The translations under genes and the position numbers were made by a program. A stretch of 42,513 nt of DNA, taken from the NCBI GenBank assembly GCA_031278275.1, contig JAITKW010000066.1, positions 1 through 42,513 on the forward strand, written 5' to 3'. Of this stretch, positions 1-10,988 are shown piece after piece (positions within the stretch are counted from its first letter, which is position 1; each line of letters starts with the position of its first letter). Source of the stretch: Candidatus Nomurabacteria bacterium (GTDB lineage: Bacteria > Patescibacteriota > Saccharimonadia > Saccharimonadales > Saccharimonadaceae). Under the pieces are notes generated by a model. That model saw nothing but the letters and a program-made list of their open reading frames with translations, had not been told where the DNA came from and made no database searches.

Positions 1-496
1 TAGTTTCGTTGGGGCGGCTAAGCAAAATATCCAAAATCGCCCCCTCAGTTTTGGTGATTTTGAGGTCATTTAGCAGAAGATTATCGGCGTTATATCTCAA
101 ATCGGCGAACTTGACCGACTGGGTTTTGAGCGGTTTGGATTTGCGCCGGCAAAGGGCGTTAATGCGGGCAATCAGTTCGGCGGTCTTGAACGGCTTGGCA
201 AGATAATCGTCCGCGCCGTGCTCTAGCCCCGCAACTTTGTTTTCGGTTTCACCCAGCGCAGACAAGATGATAATTGGCGTGCTGAGCTGTTTTTTGCGTA
301 CGTGTTGCAAAATCACCAAACCGTCAATTTTGGGCAACATAATGTCTAATACTAAAACGTCAAAATTATCAGACAAGGCTTTATTCAACCCCTGTTCACC
401 GTCAGTCGCAATTTCCACCGCCCAACTTTGTCTTTCCAGCATAAACTTCACAGCTTCCGCCAGATTTTGGTTGTCTTCTATCAACAGGACTCTCAT
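1..496 (-). CDS. OmpR/PhoB-family response regulator (partial; C-terminus runs off the window)
   Basis: My own minus-strand translation from ATG 494-496 gives MRVLLIEDNQNLAEAVKFMLERQSWAVEIATDGEQGL..DVLVLDIMLPKIDGLVIL..GADDYLAKPF..ARINALCRR... This is a receiver domain followed by the start of a winged-helix output domain. It is absent from the ORF track because there is no stop inside the window. Confidence 0.85.
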   Translation of the reverse strand, partial: MRVLLIEDNQNLAEAVKFMLERQSWAVEIATDGEQGLNKALSDNFDVLVLDIMLPKIDGLVILQHVRKKQLSTPIIILSALGETENKVAGLEHGADDYLAKPFKTAELIARINALCRRKSKPLKTQSVKFADLRYNADNLLLNDLKITKTEGAILDILLSRPNET

Positions 497-503
497 GTTT
501 TTA

Positions 504-512
504 AGTATAGCA
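504..512 (-). promoter_or_regulatory. Extended -10 (TGcTATACT) 7 nt upstream of the response-regulator ATG; candidate leaderless promoter
   Basis: The minus strand reads TTTGCTATACT-TAAAAAC-ATG. There is no GGAG-like SD in the 7-nt gap. Confidence 0.4.
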
Positions 513-584
513 AACTATAGCTTAGAAATAGCTTAAAATCTTTCAATAAAGCGCCACCGGTGATGATGAAGTTGTGGGTTTTCA

Positions 585-2797
<2,213 letters not shown>

Positions 2798-4169
2798 CGG
2801 TGTCCAAAACATCAATCCCTTTTTTTAATAGTTGTTGGCGTAGTTTATCAGATTTTGCGAAATCCTTGTTGAGGCGAGCTATGGCGCGCTCCTTGAGTAT
2901 GTTTTGCAAATAGGGGCTGATATTAGGGGTGGTTTCGCATAATTCCAGCCCAAAACAGTCGTCCAAAAACCCCAAAAAATCTTCAGTGGGAACAGCATCA
3001 TCTCGGCTGATAATCCCATCAATGATGGACAAAGCTTTGGCGGAATTGAGGTTGTCATTGAGGGCTTTTAGAATCCCGAAATCATCGGACACAATCTCTT
3101 TTTTCTTGCCAGCAGTAGCTTGTTGATGACGCAAGCTCGCCCAATTTCGCCAATTTTTCAAACGTGTTTTGGCGGCCGCCAAACCCTCAAATAAAAAGTT
3201 TCTTTCCGAGGTGAAATGTCCCTGAATTACCCACATTTTGAAGTCAAGATGAGAAAAATCCCTTTCCGCAAGGTCTTTGAAAGTATAAATATTGCCCAAA
3301 CTTTTACTGATTTTTTGCCCATCAATGGTGATGAAATTGCAGTGCAACCAATAATTCGCCAAACGTACGCCACTTATAGCCTCACTTTCAGCAATTTCGT
3401 TAGTGTGGTGAATGGGGATATGGTCAATCCCGCCGGTATGAATATCAATAGTGCCATCGCCAAACTCAGTTTTGATGATGGCGGCGCACTCAGTATGCCA
3501 ACCTGGGTAGCCCATCGCTTCGGATTCCCATAAATCTTTTGGTGTTTGCCATTGCATGTCGTGTTTTTCGCCTTTTTTGATGATTTTCCAAAGGGCAAAA
3601 TCGCTGACGTTACGTTTTTCTTGGTTGAACTCCACTCTGGCACCCGCTCTCAATTTTTCAAGATTGAGGTGAGCGAAATCCGCATAAGTCGGGAACTTGG
3701 AAGTGTCGTAATAAATCCCGTCCGAAGTTTCATAAGTGTACCCCCGCAATTTCAAGGCGCGGATCAAATCCAAATCTTCTTCTATGCAATCGGTGGCCTT
3801 GTAGATTTTGGTGGGGCTAATCAAGTTCAAGCGCGTGAAATTGGTGAGAAAATCATCGCCGAAAAACTCCGCCACTTCCCAAACGGACTTGCCGGAAAGC
3901 CGTGCGCCTTTTTCCATCTTGTCCTCGCCATCGTTTCTGTCTGACACGAGGTGCCCCACGTCCGTCAGATTCATCACACGGTTAACCACGAAACCATTTA
4001 GCCGCAAAGTGCGCACCAAAATATCCCAATAAATATAAGCCGTATAATTGCCAATATGCTGATAGCTGTAAACGGTCGGGCCACAAGTGTAGACTTTGAC
4101 ATTTTTGGGGTCAATCGGCGCAAACTTATCAATTTTTCCGGTCAAAGTGTTGTATAGTTTCATGTCAAT

Positions 4170-4178
4170 ATTTTATCA
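4170..4178 (-). promoter_or_regulatory. Extended -10 (TGaTAAAAT) 6 nt upstream of the cysS ATG; candidate leaderless promoter
   Basis: The minus strand reads TTATGATAAAAT-ATTGAC-ATGAAA with no SD. Confidence 0.4.
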
Positions 4179-4222
4179 TAAATAATGAAAAATCTAGCGA
4201 CTTTGGTTCGCGCTTTTTGTGG

Positions 4223-5203
4223 TCATAATGCCAGCAATCTGCTGGTGGCGTTAACCAGCTCGGGTAAAAATTGCTCGTACGACTCATAGATTCTCAATCC
4301 GGCGGCATAAGAGTGTCCGCCACCACCAAAATAACTTGCTAATTGTTCCGCAACGGGGACGGTGGAGCGGATTTTGGCGGTCAATTTGCCGTCCGGATAA
4401 GTTTTGATGGCGACTGCGACATCTACGCCATCTACGAGGCGCAATTCTTCCAAAATCAAGACGTTGGGGTTGTATTCGTCCGAGAACTCGCGAATATCTT
4501 CCCATGGGATAAACACGGTTGCCAGTTTGCCGTCAAAATGATATTCTACACGCTTAATCAGGTCGGCTTTATAGCTCAAAATACGGGCGGATTTCTTCAT
4601 CAAATCTCGGCGTTTTTCCTCAAACTCAGCGGGAATTACTCCCATATCAATTAGGTTGGCAATTTTACGATAAACATCGGAGGTGACGTTTTGGCTGGTC
4701 AGCCCCAAAGTGTCAGATTGAATTGCGCCGTATAAGCAACTGGCGGCTTCGGGGTTGGTGGTCAGTTTAAGTTCTGTTGCGATGTCATAAATCAATTCCC
4801 CAGTTGCGACTTTTGGCTCAATAAGTTGGTCAAAATCAAATTGCAAATCGGCGGCGGTTTCGTGATGGTCGATGGCAAAAACGGGTTTTTGGTAAAGAGC
4901 GTTTTTGATGGCGGGGTTTTGTAGTAATTTTGACAACAAAACTTCTGAAACGGTGTCAACGATGATGATGGCATCGCAAGCAAAATCAAACTCGTCAACC
5001 ACCCTGCCCCACCCCGAAAAATAACGCAAATATTTCGGGATATTCACGGGGCAATAAAGTGAGATTTCGTTGCCGGCTGAACTCAAAACTTCTTCCAAAG
5101 CTAAGGCGGAGCCCAACGAATCGCCATCTGGGTTTTCGGCTTGAACTACGCAAATATGGTGGTTTTGGGCGATAAATGTCGCAAAGTTGGCGTATTTATT
5201 CAT
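4223..5203 (-). CDS. nrnA: DHH/DHHA1 phosphoesterase (NrnA-like oligoribonuclease / pAp phosphatase)
   Basis: 326 aa with DGDSLGSALAL, IIVDT, DHH (AIDHHE) and the C-terminal GGGHSYAAG motif. Confidence 0.85.
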   Translation of the reverse strand: MNKYANFATFIAQNHHICVVQAENPDGDSLGSALALEEVLSSAGNEISLYCPVNIPKYLRYFSGWGRVVDEFDFACDAIIIVDTVSEVLLSKLLQNPAIKNALYQKPVFAIDHHETAADLQFDFDQLIEPKVATGELIYDIATELKLTTNPEAASCLYGAIQSDTLGLTSQNVTSDVYRKIANLIDMGVIPAEFEEKRRDLMKKSARILSYKADLIKRVEYHFDGKLATVFIPWEDIREFSDEYNPNVLILEELRLVDGVDVAVAIKTYPDGKLTAKIRSTVPVAEQLASYFGGGGHSYAAGLRIYESYEQFLPELVNATSRLLAL

Positions 5204-5804
5204 AATTTGTCCTCCCGTTTAGAGCGTGGGTTAAGGTGATTTGATCGGTGTATTCCAAATCCACACCAATCGGAATGCCACGCGCCAGGCGGCTAACTTT
5301 CACGGCTTGGTTCCCTTTCCTAATGGCTTTTTGCAGGAAAATGGCGGTTGATTCTCCTTCTACGCTGGCATTGGTCGCAATGATAATTTCATGGACAACG
5401 TCATCAACCACACGTTTTAGCAACTCTTTGATGTGCAAATCTTTTGGTTCCACACCGTCAATAGGAGATAAAACGCCACCCAAAACGTGATAAGTGCCTT
5501 GAAAGCTGTGGGTTTTTTCAATGGCGATGATGTCCAAAGGCTCTTCCACGACCAAAACCACGCTTTTGTCGCGTGTGGGGTCAGTATAAAGCGATGACAA
5601 AGTTTCGTCAGAAGAGATTAAGGCGAAAGTCTTGGGGCAAGTTTTAATTCCAGCGTGCAAGGAATCCAAGGATTTGGCGAGAGTTTTCGCCACTTTGGGG
5701 TCGGATTTCAAGAGGAAATAAGCATAACGTTCGGCGGTTCTGGAACCAACGCCAGGCAACCGACCAATAGCATTAACCACATTTTCTAACGCTTGTGGTA
5801 ACAT
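5196..5804 (-). CDS. recR: Recombination protein RecR (zinc-finger cysteines degenerate)
   Basis: 202 aa with an N-terminal HhH (RLPGVGSRTAERYAYFLL), a Toprim block (VVLVVEEPLDIIAIEKT...IIATNASVEGESTA) and a C-terminal GIPIGVDLEY. Only 1 of the 4 expected Cys is present. Confidence 0.9.
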   Translation of the reverse strand: MLPQALENVVNAIGRLPGVGSRTAERYAYFLLKSDPKVAKTLAKSLDSLHAGIKTCPKTFALISSDETLSSLYTDPTRDKSVVLVVEEPLDIIAIEKTHSFQGTYHVLGGVLSPIDGVEPKDLHIKELLKRVVDDVVHEIIIATNASVEGESTAIFLQKAIRKGNQAVKVSRLARGIPIGVDLEYTDQITLTHALNGRTNYE

Positions 5805-6095
5805 TTACAAACCAAGATTTCCCAGCCCACCCATCAGTGGCTTCATTTTGTCGCTAGCAATTTCTTGCGCTTTAGCATAACCATCACGCAAAGCATTTTC
5901 CAGCCAACGCTCCAACTCCTCAATGTCATCAAGATCTATTTTTTCCGGATCGAGATTGATCTTTTTGATTTTTAGCTCTCCCGTAATTTGTACCACGACC
6001 GCACCATCGCCCGCTTCCACCTCCACAATCTCCTTGCCCAGCTCTTTTTGAGCTTTCCTCAATTGATTTATCATTTTAATCTGATCGAACGCCAT
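5805..6095 (-). CDS. ybaB: YbaB/EbfC nucleoid-associated protein
   Basis: 96 aa: MAFDQIKMINQLRKAQKELGKEIVEVEAGDGAVVVQITGELKIKKINLDPE... It sits in the classic position directly upstream of recR. Confidence 0.9.
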   Translation of the reverse strand: MAFDQIKMINQLRKAQKELGKEIVEVEAGDGAVVVQITGELKIKKINLDPEKIDLDDIEELERWLENALRDGYAKAQEIASDKMKPLMGGLGNLGL

Positions 6096-6127
6096 ATTTC
6101 TCCTTTTCTTACTTATCTTATATTAAA

Positions 6128-7573
6128 TTATTTTTCAAATATATACAACCGGTCGGAATTATCGTAGCGATCGCTGGTGACAATTCGCCGGAGTGAAAGG
6201 TCGCCATCCAATTGTGCGGTGTTGTTGCGAAAAACAAGCACTTGGCTCTCAATACGATCGGGCATTTTGTCCACCACGCTAATCTGCATTTTATCTTCCA
6301 AGATGTGATAAAAATCTAATCTCAAGGAGTCATCGGTGATTAGCAGCACGTCACTTTTGTTGATATTTTGGCGAACAAGGGTTAAGTCGTTGTCGTAAAA
6401 CATATTGACTTCCTTTAAGCTGCGGTAGCCAAAAAAGTGGTACATGACAGATGAACAAGCGAGGAAAAAGGTGAAAACGATGATGGGGAGCATGCTGATG
6501 AACTTGGCATAAGAGTTGTTGGGAAAAACCATGTTCCAGTGATTGACTAAAAACTGCACGCCATCTGCTACTAAGATGGCGATGGGGATCAAGATGATGA
6601 CGAACAAGTCGGGGGCGACAAGCAAAACTGCAACGGAAAACAACAAAAAAGACAGCAGGATGTAATTGCGGGAGGTGTGATGGTCTTTGAACGCCAAGAC
6701 TAAGCTGGCGCAAGCGATAAGGGTGGTGGGAAGAGAGATGATAGGCACCAAAACTGGCAGGTTTTCGGTGCTTTTGAAAGCGAATAATGCGAGCGCGGTT
6801 TTGAGGTTTTCGGCAAAATTAACGTCACCAAAAACCGCAATGTGGTTAAAAGCGGTGGCTGGTGCGATCAAAAAAGAGGCGATAATCGGGGAGATGACCA
6901 AGCCGAATAATATGAAAGACAAGATTAGCTGTGGTTTGGGCAGGGTTTTGATACTGAATCGGAGGTGGGGGTGGGAAAAAGAAACGATGATGATAATGAT
7001 AATCAGACAAAACATGTAAGGCATGTATAACATTAGTCCAAAAGTGGTGGCTAACATGGCGGAGATGAGGGGGCTGGGCGTTTCGTTTAAGATTTTAGAG
7101 CCGAGCCAAAGAGTTAATGACAGAAATAACAGATAAGAGATGACGGGCGTGCCAGTGGTTGCGGCGAATAAAAATCCGGTCGTGCTGATGGTGAGGATTG
7201 ACGCAATTACTGCTACAGAGGTGGTGAACCAACGGTTGAGTAGTAAGACTGCCAAAAAGCCGGAGAGAATGCCCAAGATGATGGACGGTAATTTGATGGC
7301 GAAAAAAGTTAGTCCGAAGAGGTGGATAGAGAGTTTTTGCAAGAATAAATAAGGAGCGTTTACGAAATCTCCGGAAAATAATGCTTGGAGATTGAGGTTG
7401 TGGCTACTGGTGGCGCTCGCCATTTCCGCTTCGCTGATGCCAATATTCGTGACAATTGGCATGAAAATGATGATGATTGCAAAAACCAGCCCCATGAGGG
7501 CGAAAGATATAATGAACCGCCACCTATACAAAAGGCTTTTTTTGAAACTTGCCCACAGGGTGCTTTTAGCCAT
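6128..7573 (-). CDS. Polytopic membrane protein, GT-C (family 39/83, ArnT/PMT-like) glycosyltransferase candidate
   Basis: At least 10 predicted TM helices. The block LFGLTFFAIKLPSIILGILSGFLAVLLLNRW resembles the ArnT/PMT_2 signature, and there is a soluble C-terminal domain. I chose ATG 7573 (MAKSTLW) because the track start at 7651 would overlap dnaB by 62 nt. Confidence 0.5.
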   Translation of the reverse strand: MAKSTLWASFKKSLLYRWRFIISFALMGLVFAIIIIFMPIVTNIGISEAEMASATSSHNLNLQALFSGDFVNAPYLFLQKLSIHLFGLTFFAIKLPSIILGILSGFLAVLLLNRWFTTSVAVIASILTISTTGFLFAATTGTPVISYLLFLSLTLWLGSKILNETPSPLISAMLATTFGLMLYMPYMFCLIIIIIIVSFSHPHLRFSIKTLPKPQLILSFILFGLVISPIIASFLIAPATAFNHIAVFGDVNFAENLKTALALFAFKSTENLPVLVPIISLPTTLIACASLVLAFKDHHTSRNYILLSFLLFSVAVLLVAPDLFVIILIPIAILVADGVQFLVNHWNMVFPNNSYAKFISMLPIIVFTFFLACSSVMYHFFGYRSLKEVNMFYDNDLTLVRQNINKSDVLLITDDSLRLDFYHILEDKMQISVVDKMPDRIESQVLVFRNNTAQLDGDLSLRRIVTSDRYDNSDRLYIFEK

Positions 7574-7589
7574 ATAGACTATTGTATCA

Positions 7590-8930
7590 CTAATCCTTTT
7601 TTTTGTCCAAAGACATAAAACGCAGTCTTTCGGGGTGGAAATATAATTCAATCTTGCCCGTGGGGCCGTTGCGGTGCTTGGCGATGATGAGGTCGGTGAT
7701 GTGTTGCCGTTCAGTTTCGGGGTTATAATAATCCTCGCGATAAATAAACATCACGATGTCCGCGTCTTGTTCGATTGAACCGGATTCCCGAAGGTCGGCG
7801 AGTTGCGGGATTTGGGGTGAGCGCGCCTCTACGCTACGTGATAATTGCGACAGGGCGACCACCGGCAAGTCCAATTCTTTTGCCATCAACTTCAAGCCTC
7901 TTGAGATCTCGCTAAGTTCTTGCACGCGATTGCCGTTGGCATTATTTGTGCCATACATTAACTGCAAATAGTCAATTACAATCATGCCAATATCATGGTC
8001 ATGCACGGCGCGGCGGGCCTTGGTGCGCATTTGGAGAATATTCATGCCTGGCGTGTCGTCAATCCAAACCGGCGCTTCGCTCATTTCGCTCATCGCATCA
8101 GATATTTTCATGAAATCCTCGTCCCGCAAATTGCCGGTGCGAATATTCCAACTGTCAACGTTAGAAGCGTCCGCCAACATACGGTCAATGATCTGTTCTT
8201 TGCTCATCTCTAAAGAAAACATCAAAACGCCTTTTTTATTGATATTGGCGACATTGTACATCAGGTTGGTCACTAAGGTGGTTTTGCCCATGGCGGGACG
8301 TGCACCCACGATAATCAAATCAGATTTTTGCAGCCCAGCGGTTTTATTGTCCAAATCGCGAAAACCAGTTTTAAGACCGCGCAAAGTGCCTTTATTATTA
8401 TGCAACTCCTCCAACCGATCAAAAGTTTCTTCCAGAATATCGCTCAAGGAAATAAGGTCGGATTTGGAGTTTTTTTCGGAAATTTTGTAAAGTTCGGCTT
8501 CCGCCTTACCTAATAAATCATCAATTTCGGCGTTTTCGTCATAACTCAATTGGTTGATACTGGCACTAGCGTCAATTAGTCGCCGCCGGATAGCGCATTT
8601 TTTCACAATATCGGCGTAAGCGGTGGCGTGGGCGGCGGTGGGGACGTATTCCATCAAATCCGAAAGATAAGAAGCACCATTGGCGAGGGCAAGTTGTTTT
8701 TTGGCGCGTAAATCGTTGGTGACAGTCAACAGGTCAACGGGTTTGTGCCGTTCATAAAGGGCGACCATGGAGGCGAAAATGGTTTCGTGGGCTTTTTCGT
8801 AAAAGTCAGCGGCGGTCAAGATTTCCGTCACATCAGGCAATGAGTTCTCAGATATTAAAAGTGCGCCAAGCAAGCTTTTCTCTGCCTCAAGGTTTTGTGG
8901 CCGCATCTTAAGATTGGATTTATTGCTCAT
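7590..8930 (-). CDS. dnaB: Replicative DNA helicase DnaB
   Basis: 446 aa with PQNLEAEKSLLGALL, Walker A GARPAMGKTT, IVIDYLQLM and SQLSRSVE. Confidence 0.95.
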   Translation of the reverse strand: MSNKSNLKMRPQNLEAEKSLLGALLISENSLPDVTEILTAADFYEKAHETIFASMVALYERHKPVDLLTVTNDLRAKKQLALANGASYLSDLMEYVPTAAHATAYADIVKKCAIRRRLIDASASINQLSYDENAEIDDLLGKAEAELYKISEKNSKSDLISLSDILEETFDRLEELHNNKGTLRGLKTGFRDLDNKTAGLQKSDLIIVGARPAMGKTTLVTNLMYNVANINKKGVLMFSLEMSKEQIIDRMLADASNVDSWNIRTGNLRDEDFMKISDAMSEMSEAPVWIDDTPGMNILQMRTKARRAVHDHDIGMIVIDYLQLMYGTNNANGNRVQELSEISRGLKLMAKELDLPVVALSQLSRSVEARSPQIPQLADLRESGSIEQDADIVMFIYREDYYNPETERQHITDLIIAKHRNGPTGKIELYFHPERLRFMSLDKKKD

Positions 8931-10302
8931 TTATTTCTACCTCCTCGCCTCCACCCATAATATTGACAATTTTTGACATAGCTTGGCTTTTAGATGGGAC
9001 ACGCCCAGCCTCAACTACAATAGTATAATCTCCATTTGCCGCTTCTGCAATAAGACTTTTGTATCCCAATTTATCAATTTTCTTTTTCGCAAAGGCGGTG
9101 GGGGCGAAAATCCTGATTGAGGAGCCGGAAATATCAAACTCCAATTTTTCCAACAAAGCGTATAACGGAATACTTTTTTGGCGAACGAAACTCAAAATGG
9201 TATCTTTGTGGACTTTTCTTGTTGGCGTGGGAGGTTTTGCCGTGGGTGCGGCTTCTGCTGTGGTGGAAGAAACTGGCGTGGGCGGTTTTTTCGTCTGGCG
9301 CGGTGGCGTGTCAGTGGTGGCGGGTGGTTGAGCGATGGTTTTTGGGGCGGGTGTGGCATCAAAATTATCCCCAAAGTCGGATAAAACCGTCATAAGTTTC
9401 ACTTTGGCGCTTGGGGAATCTAGCACCGAGATCAGTTTTTCCGCCAAATCGAGTCGGACGCGGTTGGGATTTTCAATAAGATATTCCAACAAACGTTCGG
9501 CTAGCAGTTTTGGATCGTGGCAATCTATAAAAGCGGTGCGCAAGGTGTCAAGTACCTTGAAATCTTTTCGTTCATAATCTTCAACCAAATTGCCGATAAG
9601 TTCACTCTGGGCGATGCCCAACAATTGCTCAAGGTCGGCACGGTCAATGAGTTGGTCGCCACTTTTAACGGTTGCGACTTGGTCTAAAATGCCAATGCTG
9701 TCACGAAAGCTCCCCCCTCCGGCTTCCGCAATAATCTCCAGAGCAGCTGGGCTGATGTTGATGTTTTCCTTACTGGCGATTTTTTGTAAATGCTGCACTA
9801 CCGTTGATTTGGCGGCCGGTCTGAAATTGAACCGCTGGCTACGACTCAAAATGGTCGCTGGTATTTTGTGAAACTCAGTGGTCGCCATGATAAACACAAC
9901 ATGCGCGGGTGGCTCTTCCAAGGTTTTGAGCAAAGCGTTGAACGCAGATTTTGACAGCATATGCACTTCATCAATGATGTATATCTTGTATTCACCGCGC
10001 GTGGGGGCGATGGGGGCATTGTCAATCAAGTTACGGATATTATCCACACCGGTGTTTGAGGCGGCATCAATTTCAATAATGTCCGTATATTGGTCTTCAA
10101 TTTCATACGGAAAATTATTGATTTCGTGCGCCAAAATCCGCGCAATGCTAGTTTTGCCAACTCCTCGCGGGCCTGTGAACAAATAAGCGTGGTTGATTTT
10201 TTTTGACTTCAAGGCATTTTGCAAAATCTCAACAATATGCTCCTGTCCGACAATTTCAGACAATTTAGTGCTACGATATTTTCGGTACAACGCTTTTTTC
10301 AT
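8920..10302 (-). CDS. dnaX: DNA polymerase III subunit gamma/tau (zinc module deleted)
   Basis: 460 aa with YRKYRSTKLSEIVGQEH, GPRGVGKTS, IIDEVHMLS, LKTLEEPP and SRSQRF, plus a Pro/Thr-rich linker. It overlaps the dnaB start by 11 nt. Confidence 0.93.
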   Translation of the reverse strand: MKKALYRKYRSTKLSEIVGQEHIVEILQNALKSKKINHAYLFTGPRGVGKTSIARILAHEINNFPYEIEDQYTDIIEIDAASNTGVDNIRNLIDNAPIAPTRGEYKIYIIDEVHMLSKSAFNALLKTLEEPPAHVVFIMATTEFHKIPATILSRSQRFNFRPAAKSTVVQHLQKIASKENINISPAALEIIAEAGGGSFRDSIGILDQVATVKSGDQLIDRADLEQLLGIAQSELIGNLVEDYERKDFKVLDTLRTAFIDCHDPKLLAERLLEYLIENPNRVRLDLAEKLISVLDSPSAKVKLMTVLSDFGDNFDATPAPKTIAQPPATTDTPPRQTKKPPTPVSSTTAEAAPTAKPPTPTRKVHKDTILSFVRQKSIPLYALLEKLEFDISGSSIRIFAPTAFAKKKIDKLGYKSLIAEAANGDYTIVVEAGRVPSKSQAMSKIVNIMGGGEEVEINEQ

Positions 10303-10332
10303 ACTACTAATTATTGTATCGGCTTTATGCCG

Positions 10333-10358
10333 AAAAATTGTTGTGTTTTTTACAACAA
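10333..10358 (-). terminator. Weak AT-rich hairpin plus U-tract directly after the 172-aa ORF stop
   Basis: The minus strand reads TTGTTGT-AAAAAAC-ACAACAA-TTTTT. The stem is 7 bp with only 2 G:C pairs. Confidence 0.35.
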
Positions 10359-10359
10359 C

Positions 10360-10878
10360 CTATAAAGCGGTTTCCACAGCCGCCCAAGTAGCTTCCTCTT
10401 TATGCTCGGGGACGATGATTGCCACTTGGTCGCCCTCTTTGATTTTGAAATAAGTGACGCTGGCGAGCAAAATCTTGTATTCCTTGCCGCTGGCCTCCAC
10501 GAAATAAGCTCCGTCATGATTGACTAAGGTGCCAATCAATTGTTTGCGTGGCGTTTTGTCAATCTGTTTGTAAATGAAACTGCCGTCTTCATCAATGGTT
10601 AACTTCAGTAAATCCCCCTCCACTAATTTGGATTTTGAAGCATAATTGGCGGGTACGGGGTAACTTTTGCCCTCTGGGCCTAACATAATTTGACCGTCAA
10701 AAACCCCTTCAATTACTTTTCCGCTAACTGGATCGCCCTTGGCGCTAGTGCGGGAAACGGCTTTTCCGTCATCTCCGAGCAAGCTACCCAATAATTCTTT
10801 TGCAGCGGCAACGTTAGTTTCTGCCTCCTGTAAAAGACCTTTTAATCGTTTAATTTGTTTATCTGGTACCTCAGACAT
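10360..10878 (-). CDS. Hypothetical protein (172 aa; N-terminal helix plus two beta-rich KOW/SH3-like-looking segments)
   Basis: The start at ATG 10878 (MSEVPDKQIKRLKGLL) is preceded by CAGGAGCGAGAC (AGGAG SD). The longer track ORF (to 10977) would run over its own promoter. I recognised no family. Confidence 0.6.
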   Translation of the reverse strand: MSEVPDKQIKRLKGLLQEAETNVAAAKELLGSLLGDDGKAVSRTSAKGDPVSGKVIEGVFDGQIMLGPEGKSYPVPANYASKSKLVEGDLLKLTIDEDGSFIYKQIDKTPRKQLIGTLVNHDGAYFVEASGKEYKILLASVTYFKIKEGDQVAIIVPEHKEEATWAAVETAL

Positions 10879-10914
10879 GTCTCGCTCCTGTCTGTTTTCA
10901 ATAATAATACTTAT

Positions 10915-10944
10915 AATATATATCGTTAGGTGGGTGAAAGTCAA
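10915..10944 (-). promoter_or_regulatory. Sigma70-like promoter for the 172-aa ORF
   Basis: The minus strand reads TTGACT-18 nt-TATATT. Confidence 0.5.
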
Positions 10945-10988
10945 CTTTTTTTGTGGAAAACTTTGAAAAAAACGCAAAATGTCGTGAA

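Noticed and set aside
9066-9090. An A-rich GCG-AAA-AAG-AAA stretch in dnaX as a possible gamma/tau -1 frameshift site.
   Set aside because: The heptamer is G-AAA-AAG, not A-AAA-AAG. It lies about 55 codons from the C-terminus, too late to generate a gamma-like product.
9059-9395. A cluster of overlapping Gly/Trp/Arg-rich ORFs on both strands inside dnaX.
   Set aside because: They are artefacts of the GC-rich Pro/Thr-linker coding region of dnaX, and the dnaX frame is continuous and conserved through this stretch.
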